From positions 1 to 64,000 of the forward strand of contig CAYMEV010000020.1 in the NCBI GenBank assembly GCA_964389675.1: a stretch of DNA of 64,000 nucleotides, in the 5' to 3' direction. The stretch is from an uncultured Candidatus Sumerlaeota bacterium. Lineage in GTDB: Bacteria; CAYMEV01. The notes beneath the pieces were generated by a model. The model did no database searches and was not told the DNA's origin. It worked only from the letters and a program-made list of their open reading frames with translations. The stretch's first letter is position 1, and each line of letters opens with the position of its first letter. Of the stretch, positions 28,738 to 38,717 are shown piece by piece. Position numbers and translations under genes: made by a program.

Positions 28738-29742
28738 ATGAAAAGCAATATATTATTAGACATTAAGAACCTAGCGGTCAGATATCCAATTTTTGGTGGC
28801 ATACTCCAGAAAAAGATTGCAGAAGTAAGGGCTGTTGATGATATTTCGTTCAAAATGCATGAGGAGGAGGTGCTCGGGATAGTCGGTGAATCAGGCTGCG
28901 GAAAGACAAGTGCAGGAAGGGCTATCATCAATGTCCTTAGATTATCTGCCCCGGATGTTGAGGTTGATGGGGAGATATGGTTCTATTCAAAGGAAGGCCC
29001 TGTAGAGCTTACGCTACTTGATAAAAAGGAGATCAGGCCATACAGAAAAGAGATGCAGATGATATTCCAGGACCCTTATTCATCATTGAATCCAAGAATG
29101 ACAGTTGGCCAGATTATTGAAAACCCTCTTAAGATACATACAAAGATGAACAGGAAGGAAAGGCTTGACAGGGTGGTATATCTTCTTGAAAAGGTCGGAA
29201 TGCATGCTGAGCAGACATACAGGTACCCCCATGAATTTTCAGGTGGCCAGAGGCAGAGGATAGGAATAGCAAGAGCCCTGGCTACCAATCCAAGGCTTAT
29301 AATTGCTGATGAGCCTGTTTCAGCACTGGATGTATCCATACAGGCACAGGTGATCAATCTGCTGAATGATCTGAAAGCGGAATTCCATCTGTCATACATG
29401 TTTATAGCTCATGACCTTTCTGTGGTTAAGCATATTTCTGACAGGATAACAGTGATGTATCTCGGCGATATAGTAGAGATAGGCCCTGCAGATGATGTTT
29501 ATGACAATCCCATTCATCCCTATACCAAAGCACTTATTTCTGCTGTTCCTATTCCAGACCCGAAAAGGGCTCAGGAAAAGAGGAGGCAGATACTGACAGG
29601 AGAGATACCGAATCCTCTGGCAAAACCTTCTGGCTGCGGATTCAGGACAAGATGCCCAATAGCCAGGCCTGACTGTGCCCTGAATAAACCCGGGCTTGTA
29701 GAAAAAGAAAATGGCAGGCTTGTTGCCTGTCCTTATGTATAG
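28738..29742 (+). CDS. Peptide ABC transporter ATP-binding protein (OppF/DppF)
   Basis: GESGCGKT, FQDPYSSLNP, SGGQRQR, DEPVSALD, GCGFRTRCP. Confidence 0.95.
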   Translation: MKSNILLDIKNLAVRYPIFGGILQKKIAEVRAVDDISFKMHEEEVLGIVGESGCGKTSAGRAIINVLRLSAPDVEVDGEIWFYSKEGPVELTLLDKKEIRPYRKEMQMIFQDPYSSLNPRMTVGQIIENPLKIHTKMNRKERLDRVVYLLEKVGMHAEQTYRYPHEFSGGQRQRIGIARALATNPRLIIADEPVSALDVSIQAQVINLLNDLKAEFHLSYMFIAHDLSVVKHISDRITVMYLGDIVEIGPADDVYDNPIHPYTKALISAVPIPDPKRAQEKRRQILTGEIPNPLAKPSGCGFRTRCPIARPDCALNKPGLVEKENGRLVACPYV

Positions 29743-29751
29743 ATAGTTAAT

Positions 29752-29785
29752 GCCAGCCAGGCAGGCATCTGCCGGCCTGGCTGGC
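29752..29785. repeat. GC-rich intergenic inverted repeat (hairpin without U-tract)
   Basis: GCCAGCCAGGC (29752-29762) pairs perfectly with GCCTGGCTGGC (29775-29785); inner GGCA/TGCC. Confidence 0.8.
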
Positions 29786-29814
29786 CTGTCAGATTGATAC
29801 GGGTATTTCATTAA

Positions 29815-30879
29815 ATGGTTAAAATGATTAAACACAGGTCAAAAAAGGCTGGATTATCTCCAGGAAGCATTGTATATGTCGGCAAAGAAGCCGGAACTGC
29901 CATATCCCTTTCAATGATTGATTATGACGATGAAAACTGCAGGGAAACCAGGCTAAAAAAAATAGAGGACTTCTTCCCCAGTATAGATTCAAAAACAATA
30001 AAGTGGATAAATATAGATGGAATTCATGATACAAGCATTATTGAGAAAATGGGAGAGCGGTTTAATATTCATTCCTTAATTCTGGAAGATATATTGAACA
30101 CCTATCAAAGGCCAAAGATTGAGTTTTTTGATGATTATATCGTGATAATAATCAAAATGATATCTTTTGACAGCAGTACAGATAATGTTGAATCTGAACA
30201 GATCAGCATTATAGGGGGTGCAAATTATGTTGCAACCTTTCAGGAGAAGCAGGGGGATGTTTTCGACCCTCTGAGGGAAAGGATAAGAAGCCATAAAGGC
30301 ATAATCAGAAGCAGCAGGCCTGAATTTCTCTGTTATTCCCTGCTGGATGCAATTATTGATAATTATTTTATTGTCCTTGAAAATATCGGCGAAAAAATAG
30401 AGATACTGGAAGAAGAACTCATGGATAACGCTGATTCTGCAACTCTAAACAGAATTTATAAACTGAAAAGAGAAATATTATCTTTGAGAAAATATATCTG
30501 GCCAGTCAGAGAGATCATCAAAAAGATAGATAATATGGAGTCTTTCTATTTCACAACCCACACAAAAAGCTACTTCAGGGACTTGTATGACCATACTATC
30601 CAGGTTATTGACTCGGTAGAGACTTTCAGGGATATGATATCAGGAATGCTTGATCTTTATTTAAGCAGTATAAGCCATCGAATGAACCAGGTAATGAAGG
30701 TGCTTACAATTATAGCAACTATTTTTATACCACTGACATTCATTGCAGGGATATATGGCATGAACTTTGAGTACATGCCTGAGCTTAAATGGCCTTTCGG
30801 TTATTTCGGCATACTGGGAATCATGGCTTTGACTGCCCTTGTAATGGTTCTATATTTCAAAAAGAAAGAGTGGCTTTAG
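29815..30879 (+). CDS. corA: Magnesium/cobalt transporter CorA
   Basis: KKAGLSPG, WINIDG.HD, QRPK.E, GIYGMNF..MPEL. Confidence 0.96.
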   Translation: MVKMIKHRSKKAGLSPGSIVYVGKEAGTAISLSMIDYDDENCRETRLKKIEDFFPSIDSKTIKWINIDGIHDTSIIEKMGERFNIHSLILEDILNTYQRPKIEFFDDYIVIIIKMISFDSSTDNVESEQISIIGGANYVATFQEKQGDVFDPLRERIRSHKGIIRSSRPEFLCYSLLDAIIDNYFIVLENIGEKIEILEEELMDNADSATLNRIYKLKREILSLRKYIWPVREIIKKIDNMESFYFTTHTKSYFRDLYDHTIQVIDSVETFRDMISGMLDLYLSSISHRMNQVMKVLTIIATIFIPLTFIAGIYGMNFEYMPELKWPFGYFGILGIMALTALVMVLYFKKKEWL

Positions 30880-31658
30880 CCTGGATTTTTATTTCTAAGA
30901 TAGGATTCCTTTATTAGGCTGTATGATTCTGCTGAAATTTCCTTTCGCGATTTATAGGATGCCGGATCCAGGATACCTGTTATCTCAATCTCAACGTCAA
31001 TAGACCCGGATTTAAGCAGAGCTGTCAGATGGGGGAAAAATGTCATTTCATCATACCAGTAGATAATATCTCTGTTCTTATTGTCTACAGGGTTATTTTC
31101 AACCTTCCTGTAGTTCAATGTAATCAGCAGGATTTTCTTTCCTGATCCGAAAATACACTCTATAAGCCCTGATTTGAACGGTAATACGGTATCTCCGTTA
31201 GATGATGTGGCTTCGGGAAACAGGACGACCTGCACGCCTTTAGACAGAAGATCCCTTATTTCGGATAATTCCAGCCTTATATTCTCATAATTGACCCGGT
31301 CAACGAATATGCTGCCTGCAGCCTTTGAAAGCCCTCCTAAAAATCTGGTATCCTTAATTTCAAACGATGTAATAAAAGTGGATGGCAGTGCTGATGACAG
31401 TACTAAAATGTCAAGATATGACAGATGGTTGCTAAGAACAAGGTAATTGTCCTCAAGATCAATATTAGAGCTGTTTTTGAGCTTTGTCTTTATGCCAAGA
31501 TTCCACAGCGCTAATTTTGATACTGTTGAAAGGTTATCTGCCAGCCTTATAAGCCTGTTTGCCCTGTCTTTTTTAAGAATATTAATAAAGGCAGATGTTA
31601 CTGCATAGTAGATAATGATAGATATAAGCATTATCAGCTTGAATGGAAACAGGAGCAT
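30876..31658 (-). CDS. PlsC-family lysophospholipid acyltransferase (OlsA-like)
   Basis: NHLSYLD and FPEATSSNG...PFK motifs; directly downstream of the OlsB-like gene. Confidence 0.88.
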   Translation of the reverse strand: MLLFPFKLIMLISIIIYYAVTSAFINILKKDRANRLIRLADNLSTVSKLALWNLGIKTKLKNSSNIDLEDNYLVLSNHLSYLDILVLSSALPSTFITSFEIKDTRFLGGLSKAAGSIFVDRVNYENIRLELSEIRDLLSKGVQVVLFPEATSSNGDTVLPFKSGLIECIFGSGKKILLITLNYRKVENNPVDNKNRDIIYWYDEMTFFPHLTALLKSGSIDVEIEITGILDPASYKSRKEISAESYSLIKESYLRNKNPG

Positions 31659-31660
31659 AT

Positions 31661-32527
31661 CTATTCAAGCCTTTTTGATATGGAAGCAGGCAGTTTTTCT
31701 ACATCCAGTATCGTAAAGTAGTCAACACAGCGGAATGCCCTGTCTAATGCAGGATCACCACATATATAGGCTCCATGCCTGAGATAGCCCTTCAATAGCG
31801 GAGGTATAAGCTCCTTTGCCTTTGAAACTAAAAGCAGGCCCGGGTCTGACTTTAATTTACTGTAGAAATTGCTGTGTTTTTTTAATATGAATTTCTTTTT
31901 TGGGAAGACATCAAATATTTCTGAATCAGGCCTGTATTGATCGAGATAATATGACAGGTTGGCAATAATTTGCGGGTCTGTGCTTTTAATGCTGGTAAGC
32001 CCGAAAAGGTACCTTGATTCGCTTGCCTTGATATAATCGTATATTCCTTTCCATAGCAGGGCTATTACCATGCCGTTTCTTGAGAAGGGATCGATACATG
32101 CCCTGCCCAGTTCGAGTTTTGAATCAGATATATTTTTTATATTGCTTATATCAAACTCCGATTCAGAGTAGAAAGTATCAGAGTAAGCAGAGCTGTTCAG
32201 TCTATATGTGCCCACGCAGGTGTTGCAGGCTTTGTCTATTATCATAAGATGATCGCAGATAAAGTCGTATTTGTCTATGTCGATGCCCCACAGAAGCCTC
32301 TTTTTAAGAAGTTCATTGTAAAACACCCGGAATCTGAGCTTCAGCACAGCCTTAAGGTCAGAGTAATTTTCAGCCGTTTTTATTATATAGTTCCTCTTAT
32401 TAATATATAATTTAATTTTTGGCTCAAATTTTTTAATCCTGAACCTTAGAGGATTAAACATGGCATTTTTGTAATAAGCTATTTCCTTAAACGGCAGGGT
32501 AATTATCTTAGTAACACCTGGTACCAT
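31661..32527 (-). CDS. GNAT-family N-acyltransferase (OlsB-like ornithine N-acyltransferase)
   Basis: LRFRVFYNE, D.D.YD..CDHL, VGTYRL, YSESEF, ELGRAC, PPLLKGYLR.GA...G.P..D..F...D. Confidence 0.85.
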   Translation of the reverse strand: MVPGVTKIITLPFKEIAYYKNAMFNPLRFRIKKFEPKIKLYINKRNYIIKTAENYSDLKAVLKLRFRVFYNELLKKRLLWGIDIDKYDFICDHLMIIDKACNTCVGTYRLNSSAYSDTFYSESEFDISNIKNISDSKLELGRACIDPFSRNGMVIALLWKGIYDYIKASESRYLFGLTSIKSTDPQIIANLSYYLDQYRPDSEIFDVFPKKKFILKKHSNFYSKLKSDPGLLLVSKAKELIPPLLKGYLRHGAYICGDPALDRAFRCVDYFTILDVEKLPASISKRLE

Positions 32528-32716
32528 ATGTCAAAGCACACCTCTTTTTCAATCTACTTAGTATATACCTCAATTTATTTTTTGTTAATAAAGTTTTTGC
32601 TTTATTTTTGTTTTTTTATTTTTTGACTTTTTTATTAAGCAAAATTATCATCATTTTCATTAATTCACAATTGATAAGGTTTAATTCTACAGGATACTAG
32701 GATATGGAGGAATGTA

Positions 32717-32986
32717 ATGTCGCTGAATGAATTTCTCAGGCAAAAGAGAGATCAGCTTGATGATGTAGACAGGCAGATCACAAAGCTTCTTGAAAAGAGG
32801 TTTGAGCTTTCTACAATGGTTATAAAGAAAAAAAAGGAAAATGGAATGGATGTTTATGATGCTGACAGAGAAAATGATATATACAATAATATTAGGAATG
32901 AACAGAGAAAATTCCTGAGGGATAACTCCCTGAGAGCCATCTTTGAGAGGATCCTTGACGAGTCAAGAAGGACCGGGCTTGAATGA
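32717..32986 (+). CDS. Chorismate mutase (AroQ type)
   Basis: LR...D.VD.QI.KLL.KR, K..K, D..RE; directly upstream of DAHP synthase. Confidence 0.88.
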   Translation: MSLNEFLRQKRDQLDDVDRQITKLLEKRFELSTMVIKKKKENGMDVYDADRENDIYNNIRNEQRKFLRDNSLRAIFERILDESRRTGLE

Positions 32987-33013
32987 ATAATATAACAGGA
33001 AGGAAAATCTGAA

Positions 33014-34036
33014 ATGGTAATAGTATTTAACAAAAACGTTGATCCGTCTGATGTAGAGAAGGTAATCAAGAAGCTGACTGACCTGGGTTTAAATATACAT
33101 AAATCAACCGACGATATGCGTATAATTATAAATGTTCTGGGTGATAAAAGGGGAAAGGACCTTTCAGATATTGAAACAATGAAAGGAGTCCTTGGTGTCC
33201 ACAGGATAACTGAACCATTCCTGAAGGCAGGAAGGGAATATAAGGAAGAAGATACAATTGTCAGAGTCGGTGAAGAGGCTATAGGAGGAAAAAGAGATAT
33301 AACAGTCATAGCCGGGCCCTGTACAATTGAAAGCCATGACCAGCTTTACCAGACAGCCAGGGCACTTCGAAAAAGAGGTGTGAAGATACTTCGGGGAGGC
33401 GCCTTTAAGCCAAGGAGTTCACCCTATTCCTTCCAGGGACTGGGGTTTGAAGGCCTGGAAATAATGAAGGAAATAGCGGATGAACTTGAAATGTACACAA
33501 TTTCTGAGCTTCTTGATATAAGGGATCTTGATCTGTTTATGGACAGAATAGATATTATACAGGTCGGAGCAAGAAATATGAATAATTATCCCCTGTTAAA
33601 AGAGCTTGGCGGTATAAAGCACCCTGTTCTCCTGAAACGGGGTATGGCAGCGACAATTGAAGAATGGCTCCTGGCTGCTGAATATATACTGGTTCACGGG
33701 AATCCTAATGTAATCCTTTGTGAGAGGGGTATAAAGAGCTTTGAGCCATTGACACGTTTTACTCTTGATCTGGCTTCCATTGCAATAGTAAATAAAAAGA
33801 GCCATCTGCCTGTTATTGTTGATCCAAGCCACAGTTCGGGCAAGAGGGATCTTGTAATCCCGATGGCGAAAGCAGCTATAGCTGCAGGAGCCCAGGGAAT
33901 AATGGTTGAAGTACATATAAATCCAAAGAAGGCTGTATGTGACGGGTCTCAATCATTATATCCCGACCAGTTCCTGAACCTTATGGATGAAATAGAAAAG
34001 ATTGCTTCAGCTATTGGCAAAGCAATACAATACTGA
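33014..34036 (+). CDS. aroF: 3-deoxy-7-phosphoheptulonate synthase (type I beta)
   Basis: IAGPCTIE, RGGAFKPRSSPYSFQG, QVGARNM, LCERGI, VDPSH; N-terminal regulatory domain. Confidence 0.96.
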   Translation: MVIVFNKNVDPSDVEKVIKKLTDLGLNIHKSTDDMRIIINVLGDKRGKDLSDIETMKGVLGVHRITEPFLKAGREYKEEDTIVRVGEEAIGGKRDITVIAGPCTIESHDQLYQTARALRKRGVKILRGGAFKPRSSPYSFQGLGFEGLEIMKEIADELEMYTISELLDIRDLDLFMDRIDIIQVGARNMNNYPLLKELGGIKHPVLLKRGMAATIEEWLLAAEYILVHGNPNVILCERGIKSFEPLTRFTLDLASIAIVNKKSHLPVIVDPSHSSGKRDLVIPMAKAAIAAGAQGIMVEVHINPKKAVCDGSQSLYPDQFLNLMDEIEKIASAIGKAIQY

Positions 34037-34053
34037 CAGGGAGTGATGAATAT

Positions 34054-34815
34054 ATGCAGGAAGGATCAAGCTATAAAATTCAGCATAAATTAAAAACAAA
34101 ACAGGGAAAGCTGGGTTTATACAAGTCTCTTGTGTACGGGGAAGGCAGCTTCCCGGGATTTTTATACTTTGAGGTTTTAACCCTGATGTTTTCGAATATC
34201 CCCGGAGCCCTTGGCATATTTCTAAGACAGGTCTTCTACAGACCGTTTTTTAAAAGGATAGGCAGGGGTGTTGTATTTGGGAGAAATATAGTCATACGCC
34301 ATCCGAAAAGGATCGAAATAGGGGATAATGCTGTTCTTGATGACAATATCCTTCTTGACGCAAAGGGATCGGATAATTCAATACATATAAATAATAATGT
34401 ATATATCGGAAGAAATTCAATTATATCATCAAAAAACGGCAATATCACTCTCGAAGATGGTGCTAACATCGGCCACAACTGTCTGCTTTTTTCTTCCTAT
34501 GACCTTAGAATAGGCGCAGGAAGCATGATAGCTGCATATACACATATACTTTCAGGCGGAGAGTATGATTACAGCAGCCCGGAGCCATTTTGCATGCAGG
34601 TGGGAAAAACTCCGAAAAAACCCACTGTAATTGGCAGAAACTGCTGGCTTGGGAGCAATGTAACGGTCATCAGTGAGAAAAGCATTGGAGACCATTGTGT
34701 AATAGGGGCAAAGAGCCTTGTTTCAAAAGATGTCCCGCCGGATAGCCTGGCTTTCGGTACCAGGATCAAGGTATATAAGAATATACAGATCCTGGATAAA
34801 GATCAGAACAGCTGA
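34054..34815 (+). CDS. Hexapeptide-repeat (left-handed beta-helix) acyltransferase
   Basis: IGRGVVFG, IEIGDNAVLD, IGRNCWLG and IGDHCVIGAKSLVSKD repeats. Confidence 0.88.
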   Translation: MQEGSSYKIQHKLKTKQGKLGLYKSLVYGEGSFPGFLYFEVLTLMFSNIPGALGIFLRQVFYRPFFKRIGRGVVFGRNIVIRHPKRIEIGDNAVLDDNILLDAKGSDNSIHINNNVYIGRNSIISSKNGNITLEDGANIGHNCLLFSSYDLRIGAGSMIAAYTHILSGGEYDYSSPEPFCMQVGKTPKKPTVIGRNCWLGSNVTVISEKSIGDHCVIGAKSLVSKDVPPDSLAFGTRIKVYKNIQILDKDQNS

Positions 34816-34858
34816 TTTTGTACCTCTTTTATGCTGGCTGAACATAATAAAATAAATA

Positions 34859-36010
34859 GTGTCTTATAAAGGAGAGATTCCTTTGATACCCAGAGATAAG
34901 GGCTTTTTGATATCAAACGGTAATGTATTGTTTGAAAGGGACCTGATCTTCAAATTTGCTGAAGAGATAAAACAGCTACTCTATGAAGGAAATGGCAAAA
35001 TCCTCCTGATAACAGCTTCATGGGGTGAAAGAGAGGAATGCTACGATCATATCAGTGACGTATTTGGCGAGATCGGGATCGGCAGAAAACACCTGGATAA
35101 TCTTCTTCTTTACAGCAAAATGAAAAGGTATCTCAGGCTGAACCCTTTTATAGGGAGCAAACACAGCAAGATAAGAAAGCTGAAAAGGAGCATACAATCC
35201 TTCTACAGGCTTAAGAACAGAAGGCTGGTGGCCATGTTCAGGGATTTATACGATATGTTCAGGATAACCTTCCCTGATACAAGCCTTGCGGATATAATAA
35301 AATATAACAATAAACAGGGATATGATGATTTCAATAAGGTAATAAACGAGAGGACCTTTCATTATCTGGGGCGTGATATAAAATCAACGCTAAGGCAGGT
35401 AAGATTCCAGGATAATATATTTGCAAGGGTCGATAGCAGGCTCTCAAAGCTTTTCTTTGACAAATCAGGAATTATTGAAGACAAAGCTTATCAAGCACGC
35501 AGGTCTGAGCTTGAGAGAAAGATAGATGAATCATCAGCCATTTTTATATTTGGAGGCAATATAACAACACTGCTTGACAGCATTAATTTTTTTGGTTTAA
35601 ACAAGGTTTTTGAAAGGCAGTTGGAAAGAAGGGTTGGAATATTTACCATTTCTGCAGGTTCTATGATAATGTGCAGGAATGTCATCATATACAATGATTA
35701 CAACCATTTTAACTCACCGATCAGAAGTGAATTCGAATTTCTGTCAAGGGGACTTGGCCTTATAAAGATGGTGCAGATTTTTCCGCACTGTAAAGACAGG
35801 ATAAGGATGGATGACCCGGATAACCTGTCATATCTTGCTTACAGATTCAGCGACCAGGTTTGTACTGGGCTTGATCAGAACAGCTATCTTCTATCCTTCA
35901 ATGAAAATGGCAGTCAAAAGACTATTTCATTCGGAGAGCGGGAGGGTGCGTATATTTTTGACATTGATGGAAACAGAATAACCAGATCCTATGGGGAAGC
36001 CCTGATCTGA
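34859..36010 (+). CDS. Class I glutamine amidotransferase-like / peptidase S51-like protein
   Basis: LITASWGERE, IFIFGGN, nucleophile elbow ISAGSM, GLGL....FPH; large helical insert. Confidence 0.65.
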   Translation: MSYKGEIPLIPRDKGFLISNGNVLFERDLIFKFAEEIKQLLYEGNGKILLITASWGEREECYDHISDVFGEIGIGRKHLDNLLLYSKMKRYLRLNPFIGSKHSKIRKLKRSIQSFYRLKNRRLVAMFRDLYDMFRITFPDTSLADIIKYNNKQGYDDFNKVINERTFHYLGRDIKSTLRQVRFQDNIFARVDSRLSKLFFDKSGIIEDKAYQARRSELERKIDESSAIFIFGGNITTLLDSINFFGLNKVFERQLERRVGIFTISAGSMIMCRNVIIYNDYNHFNSPIRSEFEFLSRGLGLIKMVQIFPHCKDRIRMDDPDNLSYLAYRFSDQVCTGLDQNSYLLSFNENGSQKTISFGEREGAYIFDIDGNRITRSYGEALI

Positions 36011-36100
36011 CAGGGGACAATTTATCTTGACAAATATAGCATTTAGTCTGATATATTTATACTCTTTTAAAACATTGATTAATTAACGGAGGATTTTATT

Positions 36101-38677
36101 GTGAAAAAAGCTCATCTTGACAAAATTTTACGAATATTTGATATTTTTACCCTGCTTGTGATCATAATTCTTTTTTACCTGCATTTCTCCGGTGAAACAT
36201 TTTTTAGAGCAGGTGAAACAATTATAGATTATTCATACCTGACAAAATTTGTTAATATTTTATATATATTTATCGGATTGTTCCTTATAAGAAATATTTT
36301 TTCTCTGATTTTTGGAAAATTTGAAAAAGAAACAAAGATGGTGTGGTATTATCTCGGTCTGGCTGTTGTCTCAGCAGCATCTCTTCTGGTGGAAGTCACC
36401 ATGACAAGGATATTTTCCGTTTCCTTTTTCAGCCATTTTGCATTTCTTATAATTAGTACAGCACTGTTTGGTTTTGGGTTCAGCGGAGTTGCTTTATCCA
36501 TATTTCCGTTTTTTAAGAGAATTAACCTTAATAGAGCATTAGTCATTTTTTCACTGTTATTCTCCATATCAACCATTATTACTCTTAAAATTGTTGTGGA
36601 AGTCCCTTTAAGGTTCTCAGAACTGAAAGATAATCCCCTTCAATATATATACCTTGCAATATATTATATATCCCTTGCTGTGCCATTCTTTTTCAATGGT
36701 GTTGTAGTTGCTCTGATATTATCCAGAATGCCCAAAAAGGTCAACAGGCTCTATTTTTCAAACCTTATAGGTGCAGGCATTGGATGCTTTCTTATAATGC
36801 CGATGGTTCCAGGTGCAGGGGCTTCAGGTACTGTGATATTCGGGGCTATAATGGGTGCATTTGCTGCGCTTTTTTTCAGCAGGACGATATCCAAAAAATG
36901 CATTATTACTTCATTATGCATTATTGTTCTGCTTGCTTTATTTCTGCCCTTCAGAGAGACTGTATTTTTTGTTAAAGTACATGAATTGAAAAGGAGCTTT
37001 AATGTACTTGAAGAGGAAGGTAAAATTGAGTTCAGCAGATGGGGGCCAATCTCAAGAATTGATGTAGCAGAATATGGACTTGACAAAATAATATGGATAG
37101 ATGGCGGCAGTAACCAGGGCTTCATGAAACCGTTTGATGGCGAATTTTACGGCATGGAACCGTCAAAGAGAGCGGGTATTGTATATTTTCTAAAACCTGA
37201 TGCAGACGTACTGATAGTTGGGCCGTGCGGCGGAGAGGAGGTGCTGTATGCTCTTACTCACAAGCCCAGATCTCTTATTGGTGTAGAGCTGGACCCGGTC
37301 ATTGTTGATATCGTTCAGAATGAATACAATGATTTTATAGGCGGTATTTTCAATATGCCGAATGTAAGGCTTATTAATGATGAAGGAAGAAGCTATATAA
37401 AAAGAAGTACAAATAAATACGATATAATTCAGCAGATAAACAATGCTTCTCCTGTTGCTATTGCATCAGGAGCCATGAATGTTTCTGAGACCTATCTGAT
37501 TACTGTTGATGCATTCAAAGAATATATAGAACACCTGAAAACGGATGGTTATATTTTTATAAGAAGATGGGGTGCTGTCAGGCTGGCTACAGTCGCTGTT
37601 CAGGCTATGGAAGAACTGGGTATTGAAAATCCCGAAAACAGAATAATTATTCTTACAGATCCGCTGCATAAATATGGCGGAGGACAGTTCTATTATAAGA
37701 ACGGGGAATTTACTCCCGAAGAGATCGAGTTGTTCAACCAGTGGATAGAAGGCTCAAAAGGACAGCTGAAAGGGGTATATGGTCCCGAAGGACTGAATAT
37801 TACCCATCATGAATATGAATTATATAAAAACCTTATAGAAACGGAGGGATTTATTGAGACATATTACAAGGAAACAGGAATTGATATGTCCCCTGTTGAT
37901 GATAACAGGCCGTTTTTCAACCATTTTACAAAATTCGGCGGATATACGGATGAAGAGAACCTTCCTGAGTTCATAGTCTCCGAAAGCAGTGCTTCAGATC
38001 ATTCACTCGTTATTATCCTGATCGAAGCAGCTTTGCTTTCTGTAATATTTATTATATTACCGCTATACCTGTTTAAGCGAAAGGGTCTGAAAGCAAAGGG
38101 CAAATTGCGGTTTATGGGATATTTTGCTTCCCTGGGAATGGCTTTTATATTGATCGAAATAGTCTTTATACAGAAGTTTACACTGTTTATGGGTAACCCT
38201 ACATACTCAGTAACGGTCGTTTTATTTTCTCTGCTGACGGCAGCGGGTATCGGAAGCTTTATATCTTCACGTTTTGCGAATTATCCTCAAAAGGCTTTAT
38301 TATTTATAATTCCTGGTGTTGTCCTTATATCATTCCTGCTTCTTTACCTCAGCCCAGCAATTTTTGATATTTTCCTCGGTTATTCTACATTTGCAAGGAT
38401 CCTGGTTTCTGTTATTATGATTTTTCCTCTTGGGATTATAATGGGTATGCCATTCCCTCTGGGAATAAGAATAACAGATAATGTATCAAAGGATCTTATT
38501 CCATGGGTATGGGGAATAAATGGCTATACAACAGTAATAGGGTCCGTATTGTGTGTAATTTTAGCACTTACTTTTGGATTTAAGGCTGTTATCTTTATTG
38601 CCTGCTCTGTTTATCTCTTTGGACTCCTTTTGATCAGTACGATCAGGCTAACAGCAGGTAGTGAGACGGAAAATTGA
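36101..38677 (+). CDS. Membrane protein with a central spermidine-synthase-like SAM-binding domain
   Basis: N- and C-terminal TM bundles; VLIVGPCGGEE, VELDP, DEGRSYI, DDNRPFF, MGMPFPLG, WVWGING; GGAGG SD before GTG. Confidence 0.82.
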   Translation: MKKAHLDKILRIFDIFTLLVIIILFYLHFSGETFFRAGETIIDYSYLTKFVNILYIFIGLFLIRNIFSLIFGKFEKETKMVWYYLGLAVVSAASLLVEVTMTRIFSVSFFSHFAFLIISTALFGFGFSGVALSIFPFFKRINLNRALVIFSLLFSISTIITLKIVVEVPLRFSELKDNPLQYIYLAIYYISLAVPFFFNGVVVALILSRMPKKVNRLYFSNLIGAGIGCFLIMPMVPGAGASGTVIFGAIMGAFAALFFSRTISKKCIITSLCIIVLLALFLPFRETVFFVKVHELKRSFNVLEEEGKIEFSRWGPISRIDVAEYGLDKIIWIDGGSNQGFMKPFDGEFYGMEPSKRAGIVYFLKPDADVLIVGPCGGEEVLYALTHKPRSLIGVELDPVIVDIVQNEYNDFIGGIFNMPNVRLINDEGRSYIKRSTNKYDIIQQINNASPVAIASGAMNVSETYLITVDAFKEYIEHLKTDGYIFIRRWGAVRLATVAVQAMEELGIENPENRIIILTDPLHKYGGGQFYYKNGEFTPEEIELFNQWIEGSKGQLKGVYGPEGLNITHHEYELYKNLIETEGFIETYYKETGIDMSPVDDNRPFFNHFTKFGGYTDEENLPEFIVSESSASDHSLVIILIEAALLSVIFIILPLYLFKRKGLKAKGKLRFMGYFASLGMAFILIEIVFIQKFTLFMGNPTYSVTVVLFSLLTAAGIGSFISSRFANYPQKALLFIIPGVVLISFLLLYLSPAIFDIFLGYSTFARILVSVIMIFPLGIIMGMPFPLGIRITDNVSKDLIPWVWGINGYTTVIGSVLCVILALTFGFKAVIFIACSVYLFGLLLISTIRLTAGSETEN

Positions 38678-38717
38678 CAGCCCGTGGCATTTATATTGGA
38701 ATTATGTATAAATTAAA

